Positions 13,672 to 27,570 of a stretch of DNA of 64,000 nt are shown here, one piece after another. Every line of letters begins with the position of its first letter. The first letter of the stretch is position 1. Source of the DNA: Batkoa obscura (Eukaryota); assembly GCA_030770535.1 (NCBI GenBank), contig JASVEC010000015.1:496001-560000 (forward strand), given 5' to 3'. Position numbers and translations under genes: made by a program. Under the pieces are notes generated by a model that ran no database searches, had not been told where the DNA came from, and saw only the letters and a list, made by a program, of their open reading frames with translations.

Positions 13672-14202
13672 CTACTGCGTGGGTTTAGGCATAACTACAG
13701 AATTAGCCCAGTTCGGATCTAGAGGATTTGGATGGGGACCAGGAATAGCCCAAAAAATGTCCTGGTTGATTTGAATGACATCGGGTTTAACTTGGACAAT
13801 GACAGTTGTTGGTTTTATTTCAGTAACTGTTACCATTTCTTTAATTGTAACTGTAGCTGTAGCTGTAGTCGTACTAGTTGTCCCTGGGGCGTATGAAGTT
13901 GCTATTTGGCTAGAAATTACAGTCTTTGTTTCAGTTATTGGAGGTAATATTATTGGGGGCAATGTAACGGTAAAAAATTGGTTTACTGCTTGTACTTCTG
14001 TTGTTGTTTTTACCTCGGTCGCAGTTATTGTAACTGTAACTTTTTGTGCAGGTGGCGCTGTAGCTGTTACTGGTTTATGGCTTAACGTTATTGTATAATT
14101 GGTTAAGTTCTCTGACCCTCTATTTGACTGTAATTCTTTGTGAAACTGGCTATTTACATTGTACAAGGACGACAGAACAAGTACTATATTAAATAAATTC
14201 AT
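13672..14202 (-). CDS. Secreted Thr/Val-rich (mucin-like) protein
   Basis: ATG 14202 gives the signal-like MNLFNIVLVLSSLYNVNS, followed by repeated TVT/T-rich segments. Confidence 0.65.
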   Translation of the reverse strand: MNLFNIVLVLSSLYNVNSQFHKELQSNRGSENLTNYTITLSHKPVTATAPPAQKVTVTITATEVKTTTEVQAVNQFFTVTLPPIILPPITETKTVISSQIATSYAPGTTSTTTATATVTIKEMVTVTEIKPTTVIVQVKPDVIQINQDIFWAIPGPHPNPLDPNWANSVVMPKPTQ

Positions 14203-14979
14203 ATCGTTATTAATTAAAAGTGTGGACACAAGAAATAAACTAAATTGTTATATTATTATCCCCTCCATCTTTTTTTTTGATCACTCTCATTTAATTTACT
14301 GTTTAATTAAGTATAATAATATTCTCAAACATTGTATACAGAGCTTTTGTTGTTACGTTTTACACAGGATGATCAAAAAAACAAACTTGGTATCTGATTT
14401 GTTAAAAGGTGGCAAATGAATTTTTACAAATTTCTAAGTTAGCAAATTGCAGTAATTTTAAAAATATAGCCACCTTATGTATACTTTACTATCCCCTCTA
14501 ACAGTTGATGTTTTAAAGGCACTTTTTAAATTCAGTCATTTTCTTGATGATTTTATAGTTATAAATAAAGCCAGTTTTAACTTAAAAGGAAATTATATTT
14601 CTATATGATTTTTTAGTATAAAAATATTTCATTATAAGCAAGGTTTTATGTTTAATTTAAGAAATAGTATAGATAAATAAAATTTGAACTTTTGCTGTTT
14701 TAACAGCTATTTAGATAATACAGTGTCCTTTATATTCTAAAATAGATATCTTGAGATCAACTTCATGTTTATTGTAAGCATAATTGAATCCTCTCTATTC
14801 GGCAATCTACAAACAAGTCTTAATATCTTAGAATACACTTTTAAAATATGCCTTTATTACTTATATATAGGGATATATTTTTATTATCACTCTTTTTTTA
14901 ATACATCAATATATAAATATAACTTTTGGATAAATCAATGGGTTATAAAAACCTATTGGAATTTATGTTTTATGTATAT

Positions 14980-17593
14980 GGGGATGTATTTTTATGTTTA
15001 AGAATCCTACTAACAAATTTTCCGCTCAAATAGCACTTAAAAGAGAAAAAGTAATGAAGCCAAAAAAAACAGCCCCATATATTATTAAGACTTTAATGGA
15101 AACTTATAAATAACCTGAACAGTGATCAGCTTGAGATTATTTAAATATTTTATTGTATTCAAATCAATATAAGATACGGGGATGTATTTTTGTATCTAAC
15201 GATTTTACTAACAATTTTTCTACTCAAATAGCACTTGAAAAAAAGAAAAAGTGATGAAGCCAAAAAAACATCCCCAAATGATATCCAAATACTTAAGTCC
15301 ACTTTGTTTTATACAAAATAATAATCTCAACCAAGGCTGTACTATAATATATAAAAAACCCAAACAAATGGTCTATAAAATATCGCTTTGTCAGCTCCAT
15401 GGTTAGTTATAGCATAATAATCGTCTAAGCTGTTGTGCTCTCAAATTTAGAGACAATCAACCCAAGCTCTTATTTTAATTTGCTATGAGAATTTCTAACT
15501 TCATTTCAAAGAACATTATCTCCTCGTTTTGATATTTGTACTTGTCGGAGTATAAAAGAGATTTTAAAATATAACTCAAGGCTTTTTAACTGAGTTGTTT
15601 CTCGATATCTTGCACATTTAATAAAGCTACTAAGTTTGCTTAATAGTATTTTACATAGATTTTACATTAGCATTGTCTATTCTATTTGTTCTACATAGTC
15701 TGTAGCCTATTATGTGATATTCTTCATAATTCAAGCCTATCTTAGTCACATAAACTAAGACCTTTCGACTTATAGTGTAGTCAACCAAGCAATAGCTGTT
15801 TTTGACTCCAAACACTGAGTACCAGATTTCACAAACCACTGAGTATCAGATTTCACAGGTGTTGTATGGATTGAATAGTGATTATTTTTTAATTATTTTG
15901 TATTTTTAGTTTTATTATAATCTTATCTTATAAAAAATATTTGAAAAACATTAAATTAAACCTAATTGCTTTTATAGCCTGATTAAATATAGTGGTAACA
16001 ACTAAAAAAAAATGAAACAATAATAGAAGGAATTTTAGAAAAGCTATTATAAAAAATGATAATTTTAAAATATAATTTATATATTTGATCATTAATTGAA
16101 AAAAAGTATAAAAACAATAAAACTTATATTATAAAATTTTGGTTCTTATTTTTATGTTTAGTTGCATTCTATTAATATTTTAATTTTTATGATATTAATA
16201 TATATGGAAATGTACTTTTGTATTTAAGAATTTTACTAATAATTTTTCCATTCAAATAGCACTTAAAAGATGGAAAAAGTGATGAAGTCAAAAAAAACAT
16301 CCTCATATATTGACTTAATTTTATATTTGTTACTAAAAATAGCTTTCTAAATTTTTAAAATATAAAATAGAAAGCTGTATTACATATAAAAATATTTAAT
16401 TGATAATTATTCCTAAATTTAGTTATAATGGGATGTTTTTGGCTTTATCATTTTTTCCATTTTTTAAGCGCTATTTGAGTGGGAAAATTGGTAGTAAAAT
16501 TCTTAAATACAAAAATACATCCCCATATTTTAAATTAAAATTGAAACTTTTCCTTATGTCTATATAACAAAGTTGTCTTCTGAATATATAAATCCGTAAT
16601 TATAAAAATCACAAATGTTGAAATAGAAGATGCAAAAACAACTTTCCGCTTATTTTGAGTTATTACATGGGAATATGTTTTTCGTTTAACAATTTTATTA
16701 ACGATCTTTTCACTCAAATTAGTACTTAAAAAATGAAAAAAGTAATGAAATCAAAAAAACACCTTCATATATTAAAACAATTAAAAAAAGAATAAATTTA
16801 CAATGAAAGTCCTTTAGAGGAAGAAAAGTATAAAATTTCAGAAGTTTGTACTAGTAAAATTAAAGCAATTTTTTTAAGTATAGTTACTTTATGTGTGTTC
16901 TAACATTCAATATCTTATGCATTAGTTGACATGGGGATGTTTTTTTGGTTTCATCGCTTTTTTCATCTTTTAAGTGCTATTTAAGTAAATAATTGCTAGT
17001 AGAATTCTTAAAAATACACCCATATATATTAAATGTCCTTTTCTGAATTGATTCTGTCTTTGAGCCTTTCATAATTTTAAATATAATTATAGTTAGTTTT
17101 AAAAGGAGTTTGTATTCCTATTTAAGTTCTATTTTAAAATATTTCAATATGGGAGTGTTTTTTTTGACTTCATTATTTTTTCCATTTTTTAAGCGCTATT
17201 TAAGCGGAAGATTTGTTAATAAAATTCTTAAACACAAAAATACATCCTCATATAACAAAATTTTATGTTAAAATAATAAATGGTGAATACCTAAAAATTG
17301 AGTTTTAACTTATACTTTTACACTAATTGTTTGAATGCTACATTACTTTCTATATTTTGAAGAGTAAACTTTAGTGATTAAAGATTTGTTCATTTATAAA
17401 TAATATCAAATCCTTCTTGTTTAAAAACTTTCTAAATAAACATTATTTTTTTAAAGTAGATACCTAAAATAACCTTACATAATATTAAATATATGAGGGT
17501 ATTTTTTAATGTTTCATTACTTTTATCTCTTTTTCGAAATCAATTGAAAGGAAAAATCGTTCACAGATTTTTTGAACAAAAGCAAACATCCTC
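14980..17593. mobile_element. Cluster of 8 copies of a ~98-bp MITE (family A)
   Basis: Copies at ~14980-15076, 15178-15275, 16206-16304, 16430-16524, 16669-16766, 16933-17021, 17151-17249, 17495-17593 in mixed orientation. Ends GGG(G/A)(A/G)TGT…ACATCCCC, mostly flanked by ATAT. Confidence 0.85.
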
Positions 17594-18173
17594 ATGTATT
17601 TGAATTTTTTATTCCCTAAGCACTTTACATAATAATAAAAATTTAAACAGGTACTTGGTTTTCTCCAGTACCGTAATATTTGTATTATTACATAAAGATA
17701 CTTGACTACAAAAAAAGATAAAACTCATTATAGAACTTATTGAGATATATCTTTTAGTTTCCTTATGTATTCATTTTTCATATAACATAAATTTTAAAAA
17801 AATTATTTGGCAAGTACAACAAAAGGTATTCCCCTATCCCTAATATTTGTAATGTCTTGAATTATAAAAAAACTATTATATTAGTAAATTTAGCTCGCTG
17901 TTAAAGTTATTTACTTATTAGGTTTTTATACCGATATAAGTATTCAGATATATTATTTTTATTTAATTTTGAATAAATATTAAATATATGTTAGCATGAA
18001 GTGGGTCATTTAATAAATTTATTACTAAACAAAATTAATTAAATAAATTAATCTTAGATTATGATAATCGATTTAATAGTAAAGCCAATGAAAAATGACG
18101 TAGCAAAGAATATATAAAAAGCCCAAATTAGAACATTTTTTATTTTATTTTTTATTTTATATAACTAAACTCA

Positions 18174-19583
18174 ATGAATACAAAAAAACAATTGAGTGTT
18201 GTATTTTTAACTCTATTGATTGATTTGTTTGCATTTACAGTAATTTTACCTATTTTTCCATCTTTGATTGTTGAATATCAAAAAGAAGAGGTAATTTTTA
18301 AATTTTATAGTCTAAAATTTTAATCCTTATCATTAATCTAGAACTTTTTATTGACCAATATACTATATGGAATCCGCTGGTTTAAAACCAATATATTGAA
18401 CCAAACTGGGGTAGACAACGCTTTAGAGTCTACCTTGTTAGGTGGTATCATTGGGAGCTTGTTTTCCATTTTACAATTTATCATATCACCGATCATTGGC
18501 AAATACAGTGATACTTATGGACGTAAAAAGACCTTAATAATCACAGTGATAGGCAACTTAATTAGTAGTATCATATGGTTCTTTGCAAAAGATTTTAGTT
18601 TGTTTTTATTGGCTAGAGTAGTTGCTGGACTCTCAGAAGGTAATGTACAGATTGCTACAACGATTATTTCAGATATCACTAGTGTCCAGAATAGATCCAA
18701 ATCAATGGCTTTAGTCGGTCTCGCTTTTTCTATCGCTTTTACAGTCGGGCCTGGGTTATCAGGCTATTTTGTTTCTATCGATTTTTTTAGTCAAAAGATT
18801 CATAATTTGTATAATCCACATAAATTTTCTTCCGCTGCTTTGTTGGCGTGTGTACTTATTTTTATTGAGTTGATCTTATTAGCATTATTTCTAAAGGAAA
18901 GTAAGGAATCCAATGTAGAGAAAAAAGAGGAAAATAGTAATGGCGAAAAGGAGGTATATAAAAGTGAAAATGAAGCAGAATATATACAAAAAAAGAATGT
19001 AAAAATAGAGGACATTGTAGAAATCTCTAAACTAAATAATTGTCACTTATTATTTTTATTTTTATTTTCAGGGATTGAGTTTACACTACCATTTTTAGCA
19101 CAGCATCAATATAAATTCAATTCTATTCAACAGGGACGTATGTTTGGGTATTTGGGTATCTTATCTGCTTGTATTCAAGGATTTTATGTACGTCGGTGTA
19201 AATTTAATGAAGGCAGAAATATTGTGTTAGGGATGTTAAGCTGTGTTATTTCTTTATTGACATTAGCTTTTACTATTCACTTTAATTTAAGCATAAGTTA
19301 TTTATATTTATCAATTACCTTTCTATCCTTTACTTCAGCTACAGTGGTATCATCGATGTCTAGTTTAACTTCTATTTATGCTACTCCCATTCCTAATCAA
19401 CGCGGTGAAATTTTGGGTACTTTTCGTTCTTTTGGACAATTAGGGAGAGCCATCGGCCCAATTGTAGCATGTACACTTTATTGGGCATATGGCCCAATTA
19501 TCTGTTATGTTTTATCAGCCATTGGTTTAACATCAACTATATTTTATTTTAATACAATACAATCAAAAATAAAAGAAAATTAA
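18174..19583 (+). CDS. MFS transporter, MFSD10/tetracycline-transporter-like
   Basis: ATG 18174, intron 18291-18341. Motifs LLIDLFAFTVILP, GKYSDTYGRK, GLSEGNVQ, FRSFGQLGRAIGP. Confidence 0.9.
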
Positions 19584-19616
19584 GTTGAAACTAAACAAGT
19601 TTTATTTATTTAATAG

Positions 19617-21388
19617 CTATTCCTTATTAGAAAGATAAACAACTCCTGGTAATTCTTTGCCTTCTAAAAGTTCTAAAGAAGCACCTCCCCCAGTAGAAAC
19701 ATGAGAGATATTTTCTTCTTCCTTCCATTTAGCAGCTGCAGTAGCAGTATCACCTCCACCTAAAAATGAAATTAACCTTCAATGTCAAAATAAGATTATA
19801 ATTCGACTTACCAACAATGGTAGTTGCTCCTTCTTTAGTAGCTTGAACTACAGCATCTAATACAGCTTTAGTACACTTTTCGAATTTTTCAAATTCAAAC
19901 ACTCCAGGTGGACTAATTGACTATTAATTCAATATCTAATGTGATTTCATATATTAATTTACCCATTCCATAAAATAGTCTTTGAGCTAATAATAGCTTG
20001 CTTGAATTTTTCGGCTGATTTTTCACCGCAATCTAATCCCTATAACTTTAATTAGTTTACTATGGTGTTTCATTATTATATAACTTACGAGCCATCCGTC
20101 TGGAATACCTTCGCTATCGGTAGCATAACCAACCTAAATACGTTAATGAATGATATAATTGTATTTAAATAACATTACTGTAGCATCTTTAGAGAATTTA
20201 TCTCCAGTAACGTAATCTTCTGGTAAGATAATTTCGACTTGATTTTTTTTTGCTTTTTCAATTAATTGAGGCACCAATTTACTTCCTTCTTCATCAAACA
20301 AGGAATTTCCAATCTAATAAAATAATAATAATATTAGCTTGATATTATGTTATAGGATTAGTAAGTTACTTTAAGATTTTCTAATACTTTCTTAAAAGTA
20401 AAAGCCATACCACCGCCAATAATCATACGATCTACTTTGTCTAAAAGATTTTCAACTAATTGAATTTTATCTGAGATTTTAGCTCTAATAAAATATGAAT
20501 TAGAAAATGACATATCAATAATAATTAATTAATTACCCTCCCAAAATAGCTAAGAAAGGTTTTTTTGGAGTTTCTAAGGCTTTAGAGAAATACTCTAATT
20601 CTTTCTTCATTAAAAACCCTGATACTTTCAATGGAAGATCAACACCAACCATAGAAGAATGAGCACGATGGGCAGTACCAAAAGCATCGTTAACATAAAC
20701 ATCTCCTAATTTGCTTAATGAAGCACGGAACTTTTCAACATCTGATTTATCAGCTTTGGTCTGATTTAAAAAAAAAGATAAATTGAAATAGCATTGAGTA
20801 TCAAATTAATTTACCTTTTTACCTTCAGAATCCTTGCTAGAACCTTCTTCTTCAATATGGAATCTCAAATTTTCTAACAAAATTACTTGACCTAGTAAAA
20901 GAGTTAAAATAAATAAAACAAAATGTAAAACTATCAAACTGTATTACCATCTTTAGCTTCGCTACATTCCTTTTCAACTTCTTGTCCAACACAATCATTT
21001 AAAAATTTTACTGGTTTATTTAAGAGACGCTCTATTTCGTCAGCTACTGGTTTTAAAGAATATTTCTCAACTACTTTGCCGTTAGGACGACCTAAATGAC
21101 TCATCAATACAACTGATTTAGCACCTACAAATTTTTTTGTTAATCAACCTATCTCCTTAACCCTAAAATTTAATAATACCATGCTCCAAGATATGTTTTA
21201 TGGTTGGTAAAGCAGCTACAATTCTTTGGTTATTGCTAATCTTTCCATCAGCGAATGGGACATTGAAATCAACTCTATTTTATTATTAATATATAAATAG
21301 GTATAGATAACTGTAGCTTGATTTACCTTACTAAGGCTCTTTTCCCATTGAAATCAACATCATCAATAGATAATTTATTAAAACTCAT
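19617..21388 (-). CDS. PGK1: Phosphoglycerate kinase, ~10 short introns (absent from ORF track)
   Basis: Reverse strand gives [93 protein letters not shown]. Confidence 0.96.
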
Positions 21389-21854
21389 CTTTTTTATTAT
21401 ACTTCGATAAAAACTTGAAGTTAAAACTTTCATTTTTATCTCTTTAGTACATTTTCATGATATCGAATTTAATTTGAACGTCATCCTTTCGATTGCTTCT
21501 GCCAATCATTTCCAAAATACTATCTTATCTTCACAGATTGAAGCTTTTATTGGTTTAATTTCGCTTTTTTCCACAAAACTGTCGTATTATTTATCCTTTA
21601 TCTTTATATATTCACTTTTTTTTACTGGTTAAGTTTAATCTTTATTTTTATATATTAAAATTTATAGCTTCACTTTGTATTTATACATTTGTATATTATT
21701 AAAACTTTGTTTATGCTATAATCTTGTCATAACTTTTAAATTTTAAAAGCAAAAAATCTTCTATCAAAGCCAAGTTTAACCTTATCAGTTATGATTTATA
21801 CTTGAAAAAAATTATAAAAAGATATCATACTTAATCTACTAAAAATCATAATAC

Positions 21855-21887
21855 AGAGGTGTCTTTTATTGAAAAAAAAACACTCCC
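21855..21887. repeat. Internally deleted family-A MITE remnant
   Basis: aaaaaaaaacactccc-atat is the exact family-A terminus; the other end is degenerate. Confidence 0.45.
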
Positions 21888-22734
21888 ATATTGGAAAGTT
21901 TTAAATAAGGGGGGAAGTATGATTGAAGTTGAATTTTTTATTTCATTGTTAATAGTTTTCCTATAAATTATGAAAATTTATTCATTCCAGGTCATGCTTG
22001 GTGTAATAATTTTATCAGATTATTTATATTCTATCATGTTTAATTTATTGTAGTTATAATGAATGAATTGTATTATTAAGAATTTAATACAGATAATACT
22101 TATAATAGTCATAAGAGATCTGAACAAAGCAGAGTTTAATTAATTAATAGGTATAAGTATTGTAGCTTGTTAATATAAAGTTGGCAAAAAATCTATAGTG
22201 TTTTTTGAATGTTTAATAGAGAAACAATCAATAGTAATTAAATTTATAAGAATTAGTTTAATATTATAAAAGCCACATTTCTTATTTCTTATCTTTCATG
22301 ATAATGATAGATCTATTATTAATTTATTTACATTTAAACTAAAACTTTAATATTAATATTAAAATAACTTTTTAACTAAAATAAGTTGTATGATTCTATC
22401 ATTTCATCAAATTTCAATTCAACGCTTTAGATAATATGATTAATCTGCACAGGCAAGTTTGAAAGTTTGATTAAGTAGAATTTTCAATTCCATTTTTTCT
22501 CTATTTCCTGTTTGACGTAAAATCTAAAAAAAATCTCAAATAGACACTAGGCAAGAGGGCACTCTCTCATACAAAATCTTGAAATGGGCAAAAAAGAAGC
22601 TGTTTCTGTAGTACTTAGTGCTTAATTTGCGATTCTTTTAAAAAGCAAATTATACAAAATTTGAACTGAACTCTTAAACTAACCTATATGTAAAAAATAA
22701 CTGTTTTGAAAAACATTCTATAAACTAAGTAGCT

Positions 22735-22822
22735 GGGGATGTTTTTTGATTTTACCAACAATCTTTATGCTCAAACAACGCTTAAAAAATGGAAAAAGTA
22801 ATGAAACCAAAAAAACATCCAC
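22735..22822. mobile_element. Family-A MITE copy
   Basis: ggggatgttttt…cgcttaaaaaatggaaaaagtaatgaaaccaaaaaaacatccac. Confidence 0.8.
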
Positions 22823-25538
22823 ATATCCTGCTGATTTAGTTCTTTCCTTAATACCTATTATTAAATTAATTAATATATTAAAGAATTACTCTTTTAATAG
22901 TATAAAAACTAATTTAAAACTTTAATTAGTTTTGATCATTAAAAGATAATGTAAAAACTCAAAATAAAAACAAATGACTAGTCGCAACTAATTTTAATCT
23001 CTTACCAAACTTATGATATTAATTAAAATAAAGTTATCAAGTTTGTATAATAAAGCGCTATTTTATTTGATGTTATAAGAGTTGTGGATAAAAAAATTTG
23101 CTATATTTGGTACTTTCTAAAAAAAACTGAAAGCTCGAAAGCCCAGGTGTTTTATTTAGCTAACAGCTGAAAATATAATAGCAATGAACAGATATAGAAG
23201 AGTTGGGGTAAAAGATAAATAGAAGAGAGTAAACTAAGGGACTGAAAGAGTACATAGCCCTAATTTACTTGTTTACAATCGATTGAATTTAACAAAGAAA
23301 GTGTATAGTCGTTTTATAAATACTAAGCTAAACACAGAATATTGAAAAAACGACAGATAATGAAGCAAATAATTTAGTAAATAGAATAGATGGCCCCCAC
23401 ATGCAAGTGTAAGGTAAGCATTTAAATTTCAATTAGATTATCTTCAATTAGTCATCATAAAAATAAATGCTATGAAATATTATTATAGAATAAACTAGTT
23501 GCTTTATTTTAAAAGATATTAGATCATTCTTGAAAGTGATTAAAATTGTAAAAACATTAAAACTATGAATTAAAATAAGAACATAAAATGATAAAAATAT
23601 TTAAATTAAAGCGGAATAGAATTTGTTGACAAACACCATTTTAGATTTCAAGAGGTATTATGCTACACTTAGTCACCTGATTACAAGGGAAAAAGGCAGA
23701 ATTTAGTTTTAATTTATAATAATAGTTATTATTATTATTATTATTATAAACGTTCAATTTGAGTACGGAAAAAGATGTCTCCTTTTTTATAAAATAAAGT
23801 AACCCATTTAATTTAACTTTTATTAAAAAGTTGTGTGCATTGCGTATAAGATATTTTTATAAATAAACATATTTTTAGTAACAATTCATGCTTTACTAAA
23901 GTTCAGACTAAAGCTATATAATAAAACTTAAGTTATTTCATAGTATAGAATTTTATTTTAATATAACTTAAATAACATTATAAATAATTGATCTTGATGA
24001 TGAAAAGATAATAGATATTTTAGTTTTGATTATTTTAAAAAGTAAGAAAAGAGGGCTTTAGGTTAAAATATAAATAACAATTATTATTTCACTGAATAAC
24101 CATAAATACAACCTTTGAGAGAGTGATCCTAAATACAGAAAGTATAAAACAATTTAGATATAATCCCTTATAAAGTTAAGTCAATTTGAAAAATAAAATA
24201 ATCAGATTACTAATTTAGGCAACTTAAATAATTTACAAGTATTGAAATCATATATTAAAATAATTTTTAAAACAAAAACTTGATTAAAAGCGACATTACT
24301 AATTTATTTAAGCTCTTTAAATAAACAATAAATAAATAAAGTTCAAATATTGAGTTTCTTCATACTATAAGATTTTAACTGGGAAAGTAGTTTTTCTATA
24401 TTATACTTCTTTTTATGGTTCAAAATCAATAAGAAATCATAAGAATAATCCTTAGACTTAAGCCAATAGCTTTGCTCAATAGAGTTAAGGTATTTGGGAT
24501 AAAGATAGCTGAAAAGTGTGATTGATGTTATAAATAGAGATTTTATATTCTTTAGTATGGTAATAGATTAACCGGATTTTAATAGTATTTAAATATAGCG
24601 TCATCATTATTATCTAGATAATATCTTATGAAAATTTAAAAAAATTTAATAGTTCTAATAGTGTTATATCAACTCATGAAAAATAGTTCTATTTTGTACT
24701 AAAAATTAACAGAAATATAGATAGAATATAATGAATATAAAATAGAATAAAAGTAAAGCAAAAATTATATATTTTATACAGAACCATTGATTTTCATTAT
24801 TAACTTTAAATTAGCTTAGCTTACCAGGAAATACTAATATTAAGAGAATAATTCATAACTGCATTACAACCAATTGAATTACTATCTATTTTTATTAGCC
24901 AATTGAAATTCATTCTTATTCTACCGTATTTATTAAGAACCAATACTACTACTAATTAAATGATTAACTTGAAAAGACTTCTACTTTAATAGGAATGTGT
25001 GCTCCTCTCAGATGTCATGGACATTAGAAATCGAATAGAAAATTAACAGTATTGTACTACTAAATATGTAATTGTTCCTTGGTTTGAAACCACAAACACT
25101 TGGAACCTGCAACGCATCAATAGTACAACTTCCAAATTAAGAAATCGAAGTAAAGAATAATTAGTAACGAGAACCGGTTCTCATAAATAATAAGTAACAA
25201 ATTATTCCTCAAAAAATTAGGGTCATGAACATAAAATATTCCGCTTTAGTAAAAAGTTACAAGGATGAAACATTAATTTCGGGAAAGTTTACTTTGATTA
25301 TTAACCACTGAGAGCATTTCTACACCAAAGATTAATTGATTTCAATTTTTTAAGATTGAAATTACCTTCACTCTGATTTAGAAAACCGACTCAATCAAAA
25401 ATAGAAAAGTATAAATAAACTTCGAAAAAATAAGTTATTCCAAACTTCTCACTTTTAAATATTTTTTATTAGTTTAATATTCTTTCAAAAAACAAAAGTA
25501 TATAATATTAATAGAATTCCTTAAGCTAATTAATTATT

Positions 25539-26669
25539 ATGGTGGACTATAATCCTTATCCTTCCTCATCCAATGGTTATCAACCTAGCAAAGCATCCCA
25601 TCAAACTACCCCTAATAATGTAAGTAACACCAATCATCATTACTACTCACAATATCAAAGCCATCATCCACAACATCTTCAACCTATAAAAATAGAGCCA
25701 CGCATGCATCAGGATACCCATGAGCACTATCCTCAATCAGCAGGGCATCCTCAAAATCACCCTCAAATGCGCCATTATCATTATAACACTCAACCTCATG
25801 CTAATCAAAACAATATGAGTTTTGTACCAATCATGCCAAATAGCGTTCATCTCAACCATCCTGGACATCATACTGAGCCAAGTACCCCAACAACCCATGG
25901 CTTTCAAATTCCCCCCATCTCAAGAGAATCACTCCCAATGTATAATAATATGATGATGAGTACTCCGAATCATCCTTATTATCATAACTATTCTACTAAC
26001 CATCATGCTATGCCACCGTATCCAAGCCACCTTTCAAGAGAAGGTATTACTACTCCGCTCAATAGCTCTAGTGTACCTCAAACCCCATCTCACCCTACGC
26101 CAACCACTTTACCAGCTTCTCATGATGAAGAGGATATTCGAGGTAGAGCTGAGAATTGGCATTATGCTGAAACAAAACAATTTGTGCAAATTTTATTGAT
26201 GCATAAAAGGGAACTCACTAACTTACGTCGCCATCCAGGTGTATGGGCAACAATTGCTACCCAACTTAGAGGATATGGGTATGAAAGATCAGTGGAAAAA
26301 TGTAAGAATAGATGGAAGGTATTGGTAGCAAAATATAAGAAGTATACTGAAAAGATAGCTAGTAATCCTAAAGTTAAATCGTCGGATGGTTCTCAATATA
26401 TTCCAAAAGGAGGAGCACCTCACTCTGGACAATCTTTTGACAATAACTATCATTATTATCATCAACAGATTCAACAACTGAATTCAGGAGCTAGTAATTT
26501 TGAGTTTTACTACGAAATGCATGAGTTGCTGTCAACTATTTATCATGCTGGTCCAGACGGTGTAGTAAAAAGAAGACAACCTACTAGAAGATCACCATCC
26601 CCTAAGCATTTTATTACTCCTATTGATTCCAAAGAAAGGACGGAAAAGGAGCTTACTGCTAAAAAATGA
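25539..26669 (+). CDS. Trihelix / Myb-SANT-like (GT-1 type) DNA-binding protein
   Basis: WHYAETKQFV…VWATIATQL…GYERSVEKCKNRWKVLVAKYKK…FEFYYEMHELL, with an H/P/N-rich N-terminus. Confidence 0.85.
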   Translation: MVDYNPYPSSSNGYQPSKASHQTTPNNVSNTNHHYYSQYQSHHPQHLQPIKIEPRMHQDTHEHYPQSAGHPQNHPQMRHYHYNTQPHANQNNMSFVPIMPNSVHLNHPGHHTEPSTPTTHGFQIPPISRESLPMYNNMMMSTPNHPYYHNYSTNHHAMPPYPSHLSREGITTPLNSSSVPQTPSHPTPTTLPASHDEEDIRGRAENWHYAETKQFVQILLMHKRELTNLRRHPGVWATIATQLRGYGYERSVEKCKNRWKVLVAKYKKYTEKIASNPKVKSSDGSQYIPKGGAPHSGQSFDNNYHYYHQQIQQLNSGASNFEFYYEMHELLSTIYHAGPDGVVKRRQPTRRSPSPKHFITPIDSKERTEKELTAKK

Positions 26670-27488
26670 AAATGTAGAATTATAATATAATATACAATTC
26701 GTTGTATTCATTTATAAGTAGCGTTCCATACCACATTTTTTTATGAACTTTTTTGCTTTTGTTTTTATTTTACCTATTGTATTAGCATTCCCTTTAATTA
26801 TTATAGTAGTTAAGTTATTTTAAATAAATAATATTATGTCTTTAGTTTTTATTTTACTGCTATTTTAAAGGGATAAAGAGATCCCTTAACACAAGCTAAA
26901 AGTGAATAAAGATAATTGTAAAGCGATAAAAGAATTATTACTTTAACTTGTGCTGTAAAAAGGGGTTTCAAGTCACATAAGTATAAATTAACCAAATAAT
27001 AAATAGTAGCAGAATTAATATAGTATATTTAAATAATAAATAGTAATAAATCTAGATTAATGAGTTTTTATTACTGTATTATGATAATAAATTAATTGAT
27101 TCTCGGTTTGCATTATATATTAATTTCAATTTTGTAAAAACTTGGTTATTCTATCCTATCTTACGATTTTGAAACAAAATAAACCATTGTTATTTGTTGA
27201 GGTGCAAAATCCCATAAAGTTCGAAAAATTATTAAATCAATCTATATTTATTAAGAAATATAAAATAACAGGTATTATAGAGAATTGAGTAATTTTTTTT
27301 GGTCAATTGATAAAACAAATTAAATATTGTTTAGAGTTAAATAATAAATAATGCTTTTATTAGTATTTGATCTGGTGTTAATTATAATAGTTTTCTCTTT
27401 ATATACTAAATTTTATTTTTTGATCAAAAATTTAAGATTTATTTTATAATTTATATATTTTTTTTTACAATAAAACTAAGTGAGATAG

Positions 27489-27570
27489 GACAGTTTGTCC
27501 GAGTGGTTAAGGAGTCAGACTTGAAATCTGATGGGGTTTCCCCGCACAGGTTCAAATCCTGTAGCTGTCG
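27489..27570 (+). tRNA. tRNA-Ser(UGA)
   Basis: 82-nt cloverleaf, anticodon arm TCAGA-CTTGAAA-TCTGA, long variable arm, T-loop GGTTCAAATCC. Confidence 0.96.

Noticed and set aside
15813..15857. 21-bp direct repeat with 24-bp period (CACTGAGTAYCAGATTTCACA)
   Set aside because: Only two units, with no recognisable surrounding gene or element.
14980..17593. Repeat-spacer-like array (CRISPR or integron attC-like)
   Set aside because: Eukaryotic context, ~98-bp repeats in mixed orientation, irregular spacers, TSDs, dispersed copies elsewhere, and no cas or integrase gene.
27489..27570. Selenocysteine or suppressor tRNA
   Set aside because: The anticodon itself is TGA (reads UCA, Ser). A Sec/opal tRNA would have anticodon TCA.
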